Source: a bacterium
GTDB lineage: Bacteria > Hinthialibacterota > Hinthialibacteria > Hinthialibacterales > Hinthialibacteraceae
Direction: 5' to 3'
DNA: 64,000 bases
Assembly: GCA_963663405.2 (NCBI GenBank)
Contig: CAXXSM010000042.1
Coordinates: 1-64,000 of the forward strand
Shown here: piece after piece, positions 1-10,736 of the stretch
How positions within the stretch are numbered: position 1 is the stretch's first letter
How the letters are laid out: every line of letters begins with the position of its first letter
Program-made: the position numbers and the translations under genes
The notes under the pieces: generated by a model
What the model saw: only the letters and a program-made list of their open reading frames with translations
The model's database searches: none
Told to the model about the DNA's origin: nothing

Positions 1-1
1 T

Positions 2-1051
2 GTTCCCTTTGAACTTCCTTATACAGAAACAATCGACACGTATTGTATTTCACCAGATGAATCGATTCTTTTGATTGGAACCTCTATTGTGGATGATCTC
101 TCCAGTAAAGAATATGTTGTGCAAATATGGGATTTGAAGCAAAAGTCACCTATCTTGACATTGAAAGATCACAAATCAAGGATTACTGCTTCCGCCATAT
201 CGTCAGATGGATGCTACGCGCTTACAGGTGACTTTGATGGCGCCATACTTTATTGGTCATTAGTGGATGGAAAGGTATTATCCAAGTTTGAAATACCACC
301 TCCAGAATCTACTGATTATTTTCCTGGAATACGCACAGTCAGCGCTTTGGCATTCACACCCGATCAAAAGAGATTCGTATCGATCGATTATAGAGGTTAC
401 TTACAATATTGGGATATCGAGAATAAACAAGAAGTATTTCAAGCAAAACGCACATTTTCTTTTCCTCATGGCATTGAAATTAATCCATCGGGTAAAATAG
501 CCTTGCTTAAATTTACACATAAATCTTACCCATACCTTTTACAGGAAAATCAATATCTCCATAGAAAAGAAGGATATATCATGGATTTATCACGTTATTC
601 AACATTTCACGAAAATGGAAAATGGATAATTGAAATGCAAAGTGGAGATGAGTTTTATTCAAGAAAAGTCGTATATATAGATATTGAAACAAAAGAAAAT
701 GTGTGGGAATCGAGGAAATTTTATGTTGTGGGAAATGAGTATTCTCTTAGCAGGAATGGTCAAATAGTTATCATACCATCCATCACAACAGATATTGACG
801 ATGTATTAGCGTCAATATTACAATCCAATCCTTCAATACTGAATCCTAAAAAAACACATGTTTTTAATGTAACTAATGGCGAAATACTACGAACTTTGAA
901 AGGCAATGGAAGGGAGGATTTTACGAACCTGGGCTTTTCAAATGGTGAGAAAACTATATATTCGTTGGAAGAAAAGTCACTCTACCGATGGGATATTAGC
1001 AACCTAACATCTCATGTCTCCGGCGCTTCGATTTTCCAGCCAAACGAATGA
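2..1051 (+). CDS. WD40-repeat beta-propeller protein, 5'-truncated by window edge
   Basis: Frame open from base 2. WD40 motifs (VQIWDL, HKSRITASAISSDG, ILYWSL, LQYWDI, LYRWDI). Ends SHVSGASIFQPNE. Confidence 0.85.
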   Translation, partial: VPFELPYTETIDTYCISPDESILLIGTSIVDDLSSKEYVVQIWDLKQKSPILTLKDHKSRITASAISSDGCYALTGDFDGAILYWSLVDGKVLSKFEIPPPESTDYFPGIRTVSALAFTPDQKRFVSIDYRGYLQYWDIENKQEVFQAKRTFSFPHGIEINPSGKIALLKFTHKSYPYLLQENQYLHRKEGYIMDLSRYSTFHENGKWIIEMQSGDEFYSRKVVYIDIETKENVWESRKFYVVGNEYSLSRNGQIVIIPSITTDIDDVLASILQSNPSILNPKKTHVFNVTNGEILRTLKGNGREDFTNLGFSNGEKTIYSLEEKSLYRWDISNLTSHVSGASIFQPNE

Positions 1052-1197
1052 TTCATACAACCGCCCCTGGCCTTCGCGGCCAGGGGCGGATTTTGTTTTG
1101 ATGGAAGGGGTGAGGTTCGGACCTTCTTTGTTTGAATCACGGATGGCTAGGATGGTGGTGGATTACACGGAAATATGATTGGTGGTTTTTGGGCTTT
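1019..1197. repeat. 179-bp direct repeat, copy 1 (gene 3' end + terminator + REP-like element)
   Basis: Aligns by eye without gaps to 2308-2486, about 12 mismatches. Confidence 0.95.
1061..1099 (+). terminator. Intrinsic terminator
   Basis: CCGCCCCTGGCC-TTCGC-GGCCAGGGGCGG hairpin followed by ATTTTGTTTT, just after the stop. Second copy at 2350-2388. Confidence 0.75.
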
Positions 1198-1222
1198 CTG
1201 CCCATACTGCAAGGCTGTCAAT

Positions 1223-1249
1223 CACGGGCGGGAACGCCTGCGTTCCATT
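1223..1249. repeat. REP-like hairpin (CACGGGCGGGRACGCCYGCGTTCCATT family)
   Basis: Same element at 31042-31068 and 31073-31099, partial at 32236-32257. Confidence 0.7.
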
Positions 1250-1317
1250 TTTGATGGGATGCGCTTTGCTTTTTGCCCATCGTACAAGGCTGGTATTCAG
1301 TTTTTGAAGAAAGTGAA

Positions 1318-2340
1318 ATGATGAAAAACTTACATATTCTAACAACAGCATTCATTATCATCTCAATCGTCATCGTTCAATACAGTTTTGCGCAGCCCTC
1401 CATGGATTTCTCAATGGAATATAATGGTGAGACAAAGTGTATTCCTATTGAATTCTCTGGGGATGGTTCAACGATCGTTGGGAAGATGGGCAATACAGTT
1501 TATTTATGGGCAGCGGATACAAAACAACTCCAACGAAGTCAAACACTGGAGAGTACAGAACTGATAAGGGCTTTCGCCATTTCACAGGATACAAAACTGT
1601 TCGCGTCGGGTGATTATTATGGGAATGTATCAGTCTTTGAGACCGATACATTTAAGGAAATCGGCGCTTTCCATATTCCTGAACGAGATGATTATACACA
1701 GAATTTCGTGGTATCAATCAAGTTCTTCCCTGATTCAACGAAAATCATAGCAGGTTCCCATGGGGGCTCAATCGTTGGAGAAATAAGCACTGGTGAGATT
1801 GTTTATAAATCCATATCAGGAGTGGGAGGAAATGATGGTTATCATTTTTTAGAAAAAGGTACAAGAATTCTTCATTTGCCCGATACAATATACGATCTGA
1901 AAACTGGAGTTGAAACAAAATTACCAAACGGTGGGAGTTCATACTCACCTAATAAAGAATGGATTCTAAAACAAATAATGATCAAAGAACCCAGTAAGGG
2001 AGAAGTGGGTTACCAGTATCAGGCGTATGATATTAATACTCTTGAGGTCGTTCAAGAGTACAATCAAATGGATGGGAAGGCACGAGATACGCAAATATCC
2101 GCCGATGGCAATTTCGTATTGACCCGTTTACAGGATAGAGGAATCCGGTTGCAACGGTTGGAGGAAAATGGAGTATGCAGGGAAATTTGGATGTTTGATA
2201 CTCCACCTTATCTTGCTTCGCGTTTCTCCCCAGACAGTAAACATATAATACTGTATGCTGAAGAAGTGACAAGTGTTTTCAAAATCAGCGATCTAACAAC
2301 CGGCGTGTCCGGCGCTTCGCTTTTCCAGCCAGAAGAATGA
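1318..2340 (+). CDS. Secreted WD40-like beta-propeller protein
   Basis: Signal peptide MMKNLHILTTAFIIISIVIVQYSFA. Blade motifs (FSGDGS, AISQDTKLFASGD, FFPDST, FSPDSK). Ends TGVSGASLFQPEE. Confidence 0.85.
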   Translation: MMKNLHILTTAFIIISIVIVQYSFAQPSMDFSMEYNGETKCIPIEFSGDGSTIVGKMGNTVYLWAADTKQLQRSQTLESTELIRAFAISQDTKLFASGDYYGNVSVFETDTFKEIGAFHIPERDDYTQNFVVSIKFFPDSTKIIAGSHGGSIVGEISTGEIVYKSISGVGGNDGYHFLEKGTRILHLPDTIYDLKTGVETKLPNGGSSYSPNKEWILKQIMIKEPSKGEVGYQYQAYDINTLEVVQEYNQMDGKARDTQISADGNFVLTRLQDRGIRLQRLEENGVCREIWMFDTPPYLASRFSPDSKHIILYAEEVTSVFKISDLTTGVSGASLFQPEE

Positions 2341-2486
2341 TTCATGCAACCGCCCCTGGTCTTTGTGGCCAGGGGCGGATTTTGTTTTGATGGAGGGGGT
2401 GAGGTTTGAACCTTCTTTGTTTGAATCACGGATGGCTCGGATGGAGGTGGATTACACGGAAATATGATTGGTGGTTTTTGGGCTTT
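2308..2486. repeat. 179-bp direct repeat, copy 2
   Basis: Matches 1019-1197. Confidence 0.95.
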
Positions 2487-2594
2487 TTTTCGTGAAATTT
2501 GTGGTTTTAAATTCGGTTTCTTTGATGGGGTACGCTTCGCTTAAAGACTCCGGCGCAAGCGCCGGTATTTAGCCCATCTTGCGATAATAATCCC

Positions 2595-3392
2595 CTATTG
2601 ATCCTTATAATGCCGAATCATTATTGCGGCGTAGCGGCGGCCCAGTTCGCGGGTGGATTTCGTGTTGAAGTGGACATTGTCGGATTTGCAAGTTAAGCCC
2701 TTTGCGGATACCCAGTAGGTGTTGGGAACGGATTTTGAAACGGCTCGAATCGCGTCGTGGATATACTTGTGTTCCGGTCTCTTATCTGTGAATGTTTTAG
2801 CGAGTTCACCGGCGATGAAGGGAACGTCAGGCGAATCCAAAACAGCGCGGAGGCGTTTGATTAGATCAATCAGACGCTCTTCGTACAGCGGCCCATCTAT
2901 GGGATTGCTGTCTCCTTCTCCCTGGTGCCATAGGATACCTTTCAATACTCCTTTGCGCATGGCGATTTGGGCGCGCTGGATCGCGTCATCGTAGGGATGC
3001 GATTTGGTCGGCTCATAATAGGCTCCCGCTTTCCACACAGAGATCGGTGAACCACCCACAGCGCATGGAATCAAGCCGATGACACAATCAGGATTTGCTT
3101 CCGCCATCGCTTTGCCGAACGCGAAACCGGGACCGACTCCTGCGATTTGCGGTTTGTCAAAATGCAAAGGTTCAACCGCCGGCGCCCATTCATTCTCCTT
3201 GTTCAACATAAATACACGTGGATGCGGTGTTTGATCTTGCTCTGTGGGAACGCCGCGTCCGGCCATGTTGGATTGACCGATTAATAAATAGAGATGAAAC
3301 GATTCCTTTTCGACATCCAACGCCTGCGCCGCGTAGCTTGATGTGGTAATTACAACACAAAGATAGATGAATAACCAGTGGATTTTTTTCAT
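2595..3392 (-). CDS. Sialate O-acetylesterase (SASA)/acetylxylan esterase family, secreted
   Basis: GQSNMAG, WHQGE and DNVH motifs; signal peptide. Confidence 0.9.
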   Translation of the reverse strand: MKKIHWLFIYLCVVITTSSYAAQALDVEKESFHLYLLIGQSNMAGRGVPTEQDQTPHPRVFMLNKENEWAPAVEPLHFDKPQIAGVGPGFAFGKAMAEANPDCVIGLIPCAVGGSPISVWKAGAYYEPTKSHPYDDAIQRAQIAMRKGVLKGILWHQGEGDSNPIDGPLYEERLIDLIKRLRAVLDSPDVPFIAGELAKTFTDKRPEHKYIHDAIRAVSKSVPNTYWVSAKGLTCKSDNVHFNTKSTRELGRRYAAIMIRHYKDQ

Positions 3393-3498
3393 TGGACTCC
3401 CTCACTTTTAGGATTTAATTGAATACTTACATTTAATGTCATCACACAGAAGGATTTGCGCGCGGCTTGGTTGAACCTTTGTCTATGATTTTCATTTG

Positions 3499-3586
3499 TT
3501 TGAATCACGGATGACTCGGATGAACGTGGATTTCATGGAAAATAATCCGTGAGCGCCGCGCCTTTTCGTGGAATCCGTGATTCAAA
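3499..3586. repeat. Palindromic intergenic repeat (TTTGAATCACGGAT...ATCCGTGATTCAAA)
   Basis: 14-bp perfect terminal inverted repeat. Related half copies at about 1131-1172, 2420-2461 and 20461-20650. Confidence 0.8.
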
Positions 3587-3767
3587 ATATCAAAGAGGAT
3601 CGCTAAAACATCCCTATTGAGAGTACAGCAATTCCATTGAAATGTCTAATGAGAAAAGATGGTTTTTCTTTCCAGCAAGGAATATTGGAATATAACCGCA
3701 TTCGACTTTTCACTATTTCATCTTATAATGACACGACTCAATCTAATTTATTTTCAGGGATGTAACA

Positions 3768-5312
3768 ATGACAAATACCACTTTGAAGGGAGATACAAAG
3801 CCCTCCTCAAAGGATTGGCTGTATGTTTCTCTCTTAGCCGCCGGGCCGGTTCTCTTTTTACTCGTTCTTCTTCTTCCAGGACCGGAATCACTCTCTGTAA
3901 ATGCGCAGCGTGTCGCCGCCGTCGCGGTTTGGATGTCGGTCTGGTGGATCGCGGGAGTGATTCCCGTCGGCGCGACGGCGATCATACCGTTCGCGCTCTT
4001 TCCCATTCTCGGCGTGATGAAGGGGAGTGACGCGATCCAGTGTTTCGCGCATTGGGTGGTGTTTCTGATGCTGGGAGGTTTTATGCTGGCGGCGGCGATG
4101 GAGCGGTGGAATCTACACCGGCGGATCGCGCTGGCCGTCATTGACACCATCGGCGTAACCCCACGCCGGATTGTTCTTGGTTTCATGATCGCCACCGCCG
4201 CGCTCTCAATGTGGATCAGTAATACATCCACATCCTTGATGATGCTGCCCGTCGCCGTGGCGGTATTAAAAAAGTTTCAGGAGATCGCCGGGAAAGAGGT
4301 TGGTGAAAAGATCGCGCCTGCCTTGATGTTGGCCATCGCGTATTCGGCCTCCATCGGTGGAGTCGGGACTTTGATCGGGACGCCGCCGAACGGTGTTTTT
4401 GCGGCGCAGGCGTCGGAATTATACGGCCAGACGATCAGCTTCTTCGATTGGCTGAAAGTGGGGATCCCGATGGTGATCGTGATCCTGCCCGTTGCATGGT
4501 TCTATCTCGTACGGATCCAATTTCCTCTACCCGCCCGTGTGAGGGAAGGCGGGGCGGAAGTAATCAAAGAAGAACGGCGTTTATTGGGACGAATGAGCCG
4601 GGGAGAAATTGGCGTCGCCGTGATATTTGTTCTTACTGCGCTGGGCTGGATTTTCCGCAAACCGATCGTGATCGGTGATTTCTCAATACCCGGTCTTGCG
4701 ACGTACATCCCGACCATAAATAGTGACGCGACAATCGCATTGTGCGCGGCGGTATTGCTTTTCGCGGTTCCCGTGGATCTCAAACGGCGTGAATGTATCC
4801 TAGATATGAAATCCGCCCTGAAGATCCCGTGGGATATTCTCTTGATTTTCGGAGGAGGGATCTGTCTCGCCGATGGATTCATTCAATCCGGCCTTTCCGC
4901 ATGGCTTGGCAATCAATTGACGTTTATGAAAGGATGCCATCCCTATCTGGTGGTTCTCGTCTGTGTCACGTTGGTGACGTTTTTGACGGAGATCACATCC
5001 AACTCCGCTAGTTCGACGATTTTCATGCCCATCATGGGCGCCTTGGCGGTAGGGATCGGCCAGCATCCATTTTTGTTGATGGTTCCGTGCTGCGTCGCAG
5101 TGTCGATGGCGTTCATGCTCCCTGTCGCCACACCGCCCAACGCGGTCGTGTTCGGTTCGGGGTACGTCAAAATTCAACAAATGGCTCAAACCGGTTTTGT
5201 TATGAACCTGATTGCAATCACGCTGATCTTTTTCGTATCGATCTTTCTTACGACGCATATACTAGGAATTGAATTGCATAATCCCCCGGAATGGGTTCTC
5301 ACGGGGAATTGA
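3768..5312 (+). CDS. DASS/SLC13 family sodium:dicarboxylate/sulfate symporter
   Basis: LSMWISNTST, GTPPN, PWDILLIFGGG, TEITSN and AFMLPVATPPNA motifs; many TM segments. Confidence 0.93.
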   Translation: MTNTTLKGDTKPSSKDWLYVSLLAAGPVLFLLVLLLPGPESLSVNAQRVAAVAVWMSVWWIAGVIPVGATAIIPFALFPILGVMKGSDAIQCFAHWVVFLMLGGFMLAAAMERWNLHRRIALAVIDTIGVTPRRIVLGFMIATAALSMWISNTSTSLMMLPVAVAVLKKFQEIAGKEVGEKIAPALMLAIAYSASIGGVGTLIGTPPNGVFAAQASELYGQTISFFDWLKVGIPMVIVILPVAWFYLVRIQFPLPARVREGGAEVIKEERRLLGRMSRGEIGVAVIFVLTALGWIFRKPIVIGDFSIPGLATYIPTINSDATIALCAAVLLFAVPVDLKRRECILDMKSALKIPWDILLIFGGGICLADGFIQSGLSAWLGNQLTFMKGCHPYLVVLVCVTLVTFLTEITSNSASSTIFMPIMGALAVGIGQHPFLLMVPCCVAVSMAFMLPVATPPNAVVFGSGYVKIQQMAQTGFVMNLIAITLIFFVSIFLTTHILGIELHNPPEWVLTGN

Positions 5313-5408
5313 AATATGGATTTTACAACCAGCGAATCTTAACCAACGAGATGGTTTCCAGTATGATGGGATATCTTTGAAACATTTCTTCGAATCGAGG
5401 GAAAATGA

Positions 5409-7357
5409 ATGGGTTTCACGGCTCTGGAAGGAATTGATTATTCAGTCATGATCCTTTACCTGATCGGTACGATCTGGTTTGGGATCTATTTGGGCAGAAA
5501 AATTAAAACCGGGAAGGATTATTTCCTTGCCGGAAGGAAACTGCCCTGGTGGGCGATTGGCATGTCGATGGTTGTCTCTGACATCGGAGCGATCGACATT
5601 GTCGGGATCGCGGGTTCGGCTTACTTGTATGGGATCGTGCTGGGTAATTTTGACTGGCTGGGCAGCGTACCGGTGATGATTATTTCCGGATTTCTATTTG
5701 TCCCGTTTTTTTGGCGCGCGGAAGTGTATACCGTTCCCGAATTTTTAGGCAAGCGTTTCAACCTTGGCGTACGTTCGCTAGCCGCGCTTGTCTGGGGAAT
5801 CTTTCTCGCGTGTAATCTGGGCATCATGTTATACGCCACAGCGGTGATGATGGAAGTGATGATGGGATGGCCAATGGTCACATCGATCGTTGTGTCAGCC
5901 ATTATTATCGGCGTTTATACCTTCGCCGGTGGATTAACAGCGGTTGTCTACACGGACGTGATCCAATGCATCGTTATGATGGTGGGATGCGCGTTAACGC
6001 TAGTGATCGGCCTTTGGGAGGTGGGAGGCTTTTCCAACATGATGGAACAGGTACGCGGCCTGGGCCAGGCCTATGCCAATCATTTTGAACTGGTCCTGCC
6101 GGCGGACACGGAAACACCTTTCCCCTGGTCGGGAATTTTATTTGGATTGGGATTTGTGCTGGCGCCGGCGTATTGGATCGGCAACCAAGCGATCGTCCAA
6201 CGCTGCTTGGGCGCCCGATCAGAATTTGAAGCCAAGGCCGCTTTCGCGTGGGGCGCGATTTTGAAAACGTTTATCCCGATCATCATGGTGGTGCCGGGCG
6301 TGATGTTTTTAGCGATGGATCCCAATATCACCAATGCTGATACGGCCATGCCCATCATGATTCGCAAAGTGCTCCCGGTAGGATTGCTTGGAATCTTCTT
6401 CGCCGCGTTTCTTGCGGCGCTGATGTCCAGCGTCGATTCCTGTCTCAACTCCGCCGCGACCTTGTGGACAAAAGATATCTACCAGCGCTTTTTCCGCCGA
6501 ATGAATCAGACACGCACTATCTGGTTGTAGGACGAATTTTGACTGTTGTGTTTGTGGTGTGGGGAGTGTTCTTCGCTATTTGGGTGTGTGGCCGGGGAGA
6601 GAGCATCTATACGTTGATTCAAACCATGCTGTCACTCTTCCAAGGGCCAAGTCTCGCGATCATTCTCTTGGGCGTTCTCTGGTGGCGGGCGACGGGGAAG
6701 GGCGCGCTGGTTGGATTGATCGGCGGGATATTGATGTCCACCTCACTGCTAACCGTGGATAACTTTCAAAATCCTGCGTTGACTGCGCAAGATTTAAAGA
6801 ATCCAGCGGGGCTGGTCAACAAATTGAATCATCCAAATGATCCCGTATCAACATATTTAAATGAAAAACTCTCCGAGGATTCAAAGCAGACGCTGGATCT
6901 CTACGAACAATCGCTTTTGATGAATGAAAAGGCGCCCGAAGGATTGCGAGAAAACTTAAACGAGCCCATCGAAATGGTTCAGGCGGAGATTGAAGCGGCG
7001 ATTCTAGGCGATATCAATGGATTGATGGGAGAAGAGAATTTTTACGAGGAACAGCGTTTTTCGCAGATCGAACTCGACCCGGAAATTCAGAAGTATATTC
7101 AGCAGAATCCCAAGAGGAAAAAATTACTTCAATTAAATCGGCTGCTGTTGGAACGCGCCTATCCCGATGAAATCGAGAAGAATCCACATGTGTTGAGACC
7201 TCTTTTGTTCCAAACGGAAGATCCGTTTCTCTTCATCGCGTGGTGGTCATTCTGTTTCGCGATGCTGTTGACGGTCGTCATCAGCCTGCTGACGAAACCG
7301 GAGCCAGAAGAGAAGCTGAAGGGGCTTGTTTACCGCTACCGGAAGGAGAGTGAATGA
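5409..7357 (+). CDS. Sodium:solute symporter (SSS) family, frameshift near 6490-6500
   Basis: YFLAGRKLPWWAIG, GGLTAVVYTD and AALMSSVDS motifs. ORFs 5409-6530 and 6464-7357 are consecutive parts joined at a T-run (probable indel error). Confidence 0.88.
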
Positions 7358-7638
7358 TGATGGATTGGATGGTTTCCATTCTGCATTCGTATATAGACTG
7401 GATTGTGACTGTTTTTTATGGACCAGGTGAATTGCTTCGCAATCTCACGCTGGTGATCCCGATGTGGTTAGCGAAGGGATTCTTCATCCTGTATCCGATT
7501 CTTTTATTAGTATGGGTGTATAACATGCGTGAATCGGAAGTGAAAGGGGAACTGCCCGGAAAGCGGAAAGCGATTGATCTACGCCCGTATGTGGCCGTAT
7601 CGCTGATTGGACAGGTTTTCATTTATCTATACTTTTAG
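7354..7638 (+). CDS. Small membrane protein coupled to the SSS gene
   Basis: ATGA overlap with the SSS stop, GGAG RBS, two hydrophobic segments. Confidence 0.75.
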   Translation: MMMDWMVSILHSYIDWIVTVFYGPGELLRNLTLVIPMWLAKGFFILYPILLLVWVYNMRESEVKGELPGKRKAIDLRPYVAVSLIGQVFIYLYF

Positions 7639-7652
7639 CAAGATGACGGAAT

Positions 7653-7874
7653 TCATTTCTCGAAGGAAGAGGGAGGCGTTTCGCTTTTTTCCCCGCGATT
7701 CTGCAATTGATCCAGCGTGAAGAAGCGTGAACTCGCGACGTATTTATCTTCCCCGCGTTTTTGGATGGTGTAATACACCATATACCGTTTAAACCGCTTC
7801 GCGAACCACCCCCACCGGCCGGGTATGGTCATAATCGCCCGTAATAGAATCCATTTCCATGTGGTCATATACAT
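7653..7874 (-). CDS. Small hypothetical protein
   Basis: 73-aa ORF filling the gap, with purine-rich upstream sequence. No recognised motif. Confidence 0.45.
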   Translation of the reverse strand: MYMTTWKWILLRAIMTIPGRWGWFAKRFKRYMVYYTIQKRGEDKYVASSRFFTLDQLQNRGEKSETPPSSFEK

Positions 7875-7917
7875 AATCGATCTCTTTCTTCTTTCTTCCT
7901 CTTAAATCAACGTCGTA

Positions 7918-8577
7918 TTAATACGGGCTTCGCGGATCGACTGCGTTGTATTTAATGTCATAAGGATATCCGGTTACGCGGGGAACGCCTTGGGCGCGCA
8001 GAATGTCACCACCGGAGAGCAAACCGTTCGAGGAATCGTATGGAAGCCAAAACCAGTCGTATGGTTGATTACCGTCGGCGAAGCCCTGAGGCAGATCCAA
8101 CCAGCGGTTTGGTCCATGCGAAGCGATCATCCAATTCCCTAAGACACGGCGGGCGTTGGTATGGCCCGGGCTGTCCCGGCCAGGAAGATCGCTCCGGGTC
8201 GCGACGGTAAATACTTTAAAACGGTAGCGGGAAACCAGCTTGGGCAGGTCTTCTAATGGCCGGCCCAAGGGATCGTATAATTTCTCGTTGCTCAAATACG
8301 AAACGGGTTGAACCAGTCTATTGGGCAAATAGTAGGGCCACGTTGTGATATTTCCATCATCATCTGACGCCAGTTCTGGGGATGGATATTCGTTGTTATC
8401 GACGCGGTAGGATTCGATGGCGGTTCCAACGGCTTGATGGTCGCCGATAATCCGCGTGATCGTCGCCCGCATCTGCGCGTTCAAAAAATTAGGGACGGCG
8501 ATCGCGGCCAATATTCCAATAATCGCCACAACAATTAATAATTCGATTAGAGTAAAAGAATTCGTATGGTTTTTCAT
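7918..8577 (-). CDS. Prepilin-type N-terminal cleavage/methylation domain protein (GspG/pilin-like)
   Basis: (S)FTLIELLIVVAIIGILAAIAVPNF. C-terminal YDSSNGLLSGGDILR. Confidence 0.9.
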   Translation of the reverse strand: MKNHTNSFTLIELLIVVAIIGILAAIAVPNFLNAQMRATITRIIGDHQAVGTAIESYRVDNNEYPSPELASDDDGNITTWPYYLPNRLVQPVSYLSNEKLYDPLGRPLEDLPKLVSRYRFKVFTVATRSDLPGRDSPGHTNARRVLGNWMIASHGPNRWLDLPQGFADGNQPYDWFWLPYDSSNGLLSGGDILRAQGVPRVTGYPYDIKYNAVDPRSPY

Positions 8578-8634
8578 TGGTTTTAAGTATCTTCCTATTC
8601 AAATACTGTCTATTCGATCAATGGTCTCTGAATA

Positions 8635-9418
8635 CTAGGTCTGCCATAGTAGATGATTCCGCAACCATTGTACTGTAATCCGGGTCATTTCGGAATCGTA
8701 AGCGTGACCGATCCCAAGAAGCATAGCGTAGGTGAGGCGCCCAGCCGCGTCTTCCCGCTCGTATTCTGGCAGCAGTTTTTTCATAGAGTTGAGACGCGTA
8801 GCGGGGATGTGCCCGCCTGTCTTTTTCTGTCGTAATCATCAATAACGGTTTTGGAGCCAGTTCGCGCAACGCATGGAGAGGCTCGAATCGTTCGACCAGA
8901 GGATGTCCTTCTAATTCTTGGAATTCCACCATTCCCGTGATTTTACAAATGGGCATAAGCGCCGCGGCGCATTGGATTCTTGGTTCTTTTTGAAGCGCGT
9001 AAAGAGCGTGCATACCCCCCCAAGAGAGGCCGGCTGTAGCGATGGCTCCGACGGACGCGATTTTTTTATCCAACAGAAAATCGACAATAGCGGGAATATC
9101 GGCCAAGGCTCCATCCAATGGATTGTGATCGTTGGATGTTATCGTATTGACGATATTTTCAATAGCGGATAGGTTTTTATTGACACGCCGGGAACCATGA
9201 CCGCGTAATTCCACTGAGAGTATATTCCAGCCATTCTCTTGGATCGCTTCCGCCAATTCGGCGTACCGTCCTTGGAAAATTTGTTTCCGGCTTCCATTCA
9301 GACCATGAAAGTAGATCAACGTAGGAGCGGTCCGGGTTTTTGGTGTGGGACGGGCTAATAGACATTGTATGGGAGGCGTAACACCACGAATCGTTGCTGG
9401 ATATATATGAAGCGCCAT
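8635..9418 (-). CDS. Alpha/beta hydrolase (esterase), frameshift at T6 run 8776-8781
   Basis: YFHGLNG and GLSWGG nucleophile elbow. Removing one base restores ...LGIGHAY (catalytic His) and a stop at 8635. Confidence 0.85.
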
Positions 9419-9580
9419 AGGTCTCAACCAAATCGAATGATATATACAAGATTCAATCCACCATCATATCATGAAAAGTAGTCTTATGGAAAGCATCTTC
9501 TTATGATTAAGCCCCTTGTTGAAGAAGCGAAGCGAATTAGTATTTCTATAAGGGAAATATAAAAAAAAAGGACACTCTCC

Positions 9581-10715
9581 ATGTACGAAGAAATTCAGAG
9601 TCAAGTTGAAGAATGCCTACAGCGCCTCGAAGAGCTGGGAGGGTATCTTTGACATCGATGTGAAACAGTCCGAGATTGCCCGCTTGGAAGAGGAAATGAA
9701 TGCGCCGAATTTCTGGAACAATCCCCAAATCGCCCAGGAACACGGGAAAAAGATCAAAAAAAACAAAGATATCATTGAAACCTATCAACAGATTCATTCC
9801 CGCTTTGAGGATCTCGTTCTTCTGATTGAAATGGCGGAAGAAGAAAAAGACACCGGGCAGGAAGAAGAGTTATTGGCGGAATATAATAATCTGTCCCATG
9901 AGTTGGATGATTTTGAGATCCGCAGCACACTCAGTGGGGATAATGACCAAGGGAATTGCTTCTTGAATATCCATCCCGGCGCCGGGGGAACCGAATCTTG
10001 TGATTGGGCCTCTATGCTGGTGCGGATGTATATGCGTTATATTGAAAATTGCGGCTGGAAGGCGGATGTTATAGATTTCCAAGAAGGGGATGAAGCGGGG
10101 ATTAAAAACGTCACGCTTCATGTAAAGGGAGAATACGCGTATGGGTATCTACGCACGGAAACCGGCATCCACCGTCTCGTGCGTATATCGCCTTTCGACG
10201 CCAACAGCCGCCGCCATACCTCGTTCGCCGCGATTCACGCCATGCCTGAGATTGACGACAGCATCGATGTGAATATTGATGAGAAAGATTTGCGTATCGA
10301 CACATTCCGCTCATCCGGCAAAGGCGGACAGCACGTTAATACAACCGACTCGGCGATCCGGATCACCCACCTTCCCACAGGTGTTGTGGTTTCCTGTCAA
10401 AACGAGCGTTCCCAGCGTCAGAATAAAATGACGGCGATGAAGATCCTTACCTCCCGCTTGTACCAATTGATGGAAGAAGAACATGCGGAAAAAGTCGAAG
10501 AACTCTCCGGCGAAAAACGGGATATCGCATGGGGGAATCAGATTCGTTCGTATGTCTTTCATCCTTACAATATGATTAAAGATCACCGCACAGGAGTCGA
10601 GCGGGGAGATGTACAAAATGTAATGGACGGGGATCTCGACGACTATATCGCCGCCGCTCTCCGGGGAAAAACCACAGGCGCGGCGCCGGAAACGGTGGAT
10701 ACAGCGCAATCGTAA
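9581..10715 (+). CDS. prfB: Peptide chain release factor 2, programmed +1 frameshift
   Basis: ATG 9581 gives MYEEIQSQVEECLQRLEELGGYL, then CTT TGA C. SPF and GGQ motifs in the +1 frame. Confidence 0.98.
9637..9653 (+). promoter_or_regulatory. prfB frameshift signal (internal SD + CTTTGAC)
   Basis: GGGAGGGTATCTTTGAC matches the canonical RF2 autoregulatory site. Confidence 0.95.
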
Positions 10716-10736
10716 AGATACTCAATCCAAAAGAGA

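Noticed and set aside
9606-9650. ORF-track start MKNAYSASKSWEGIF for RF2
   Set aside because: Artefact of the +1 frameshift; the true start is ATG 9581.
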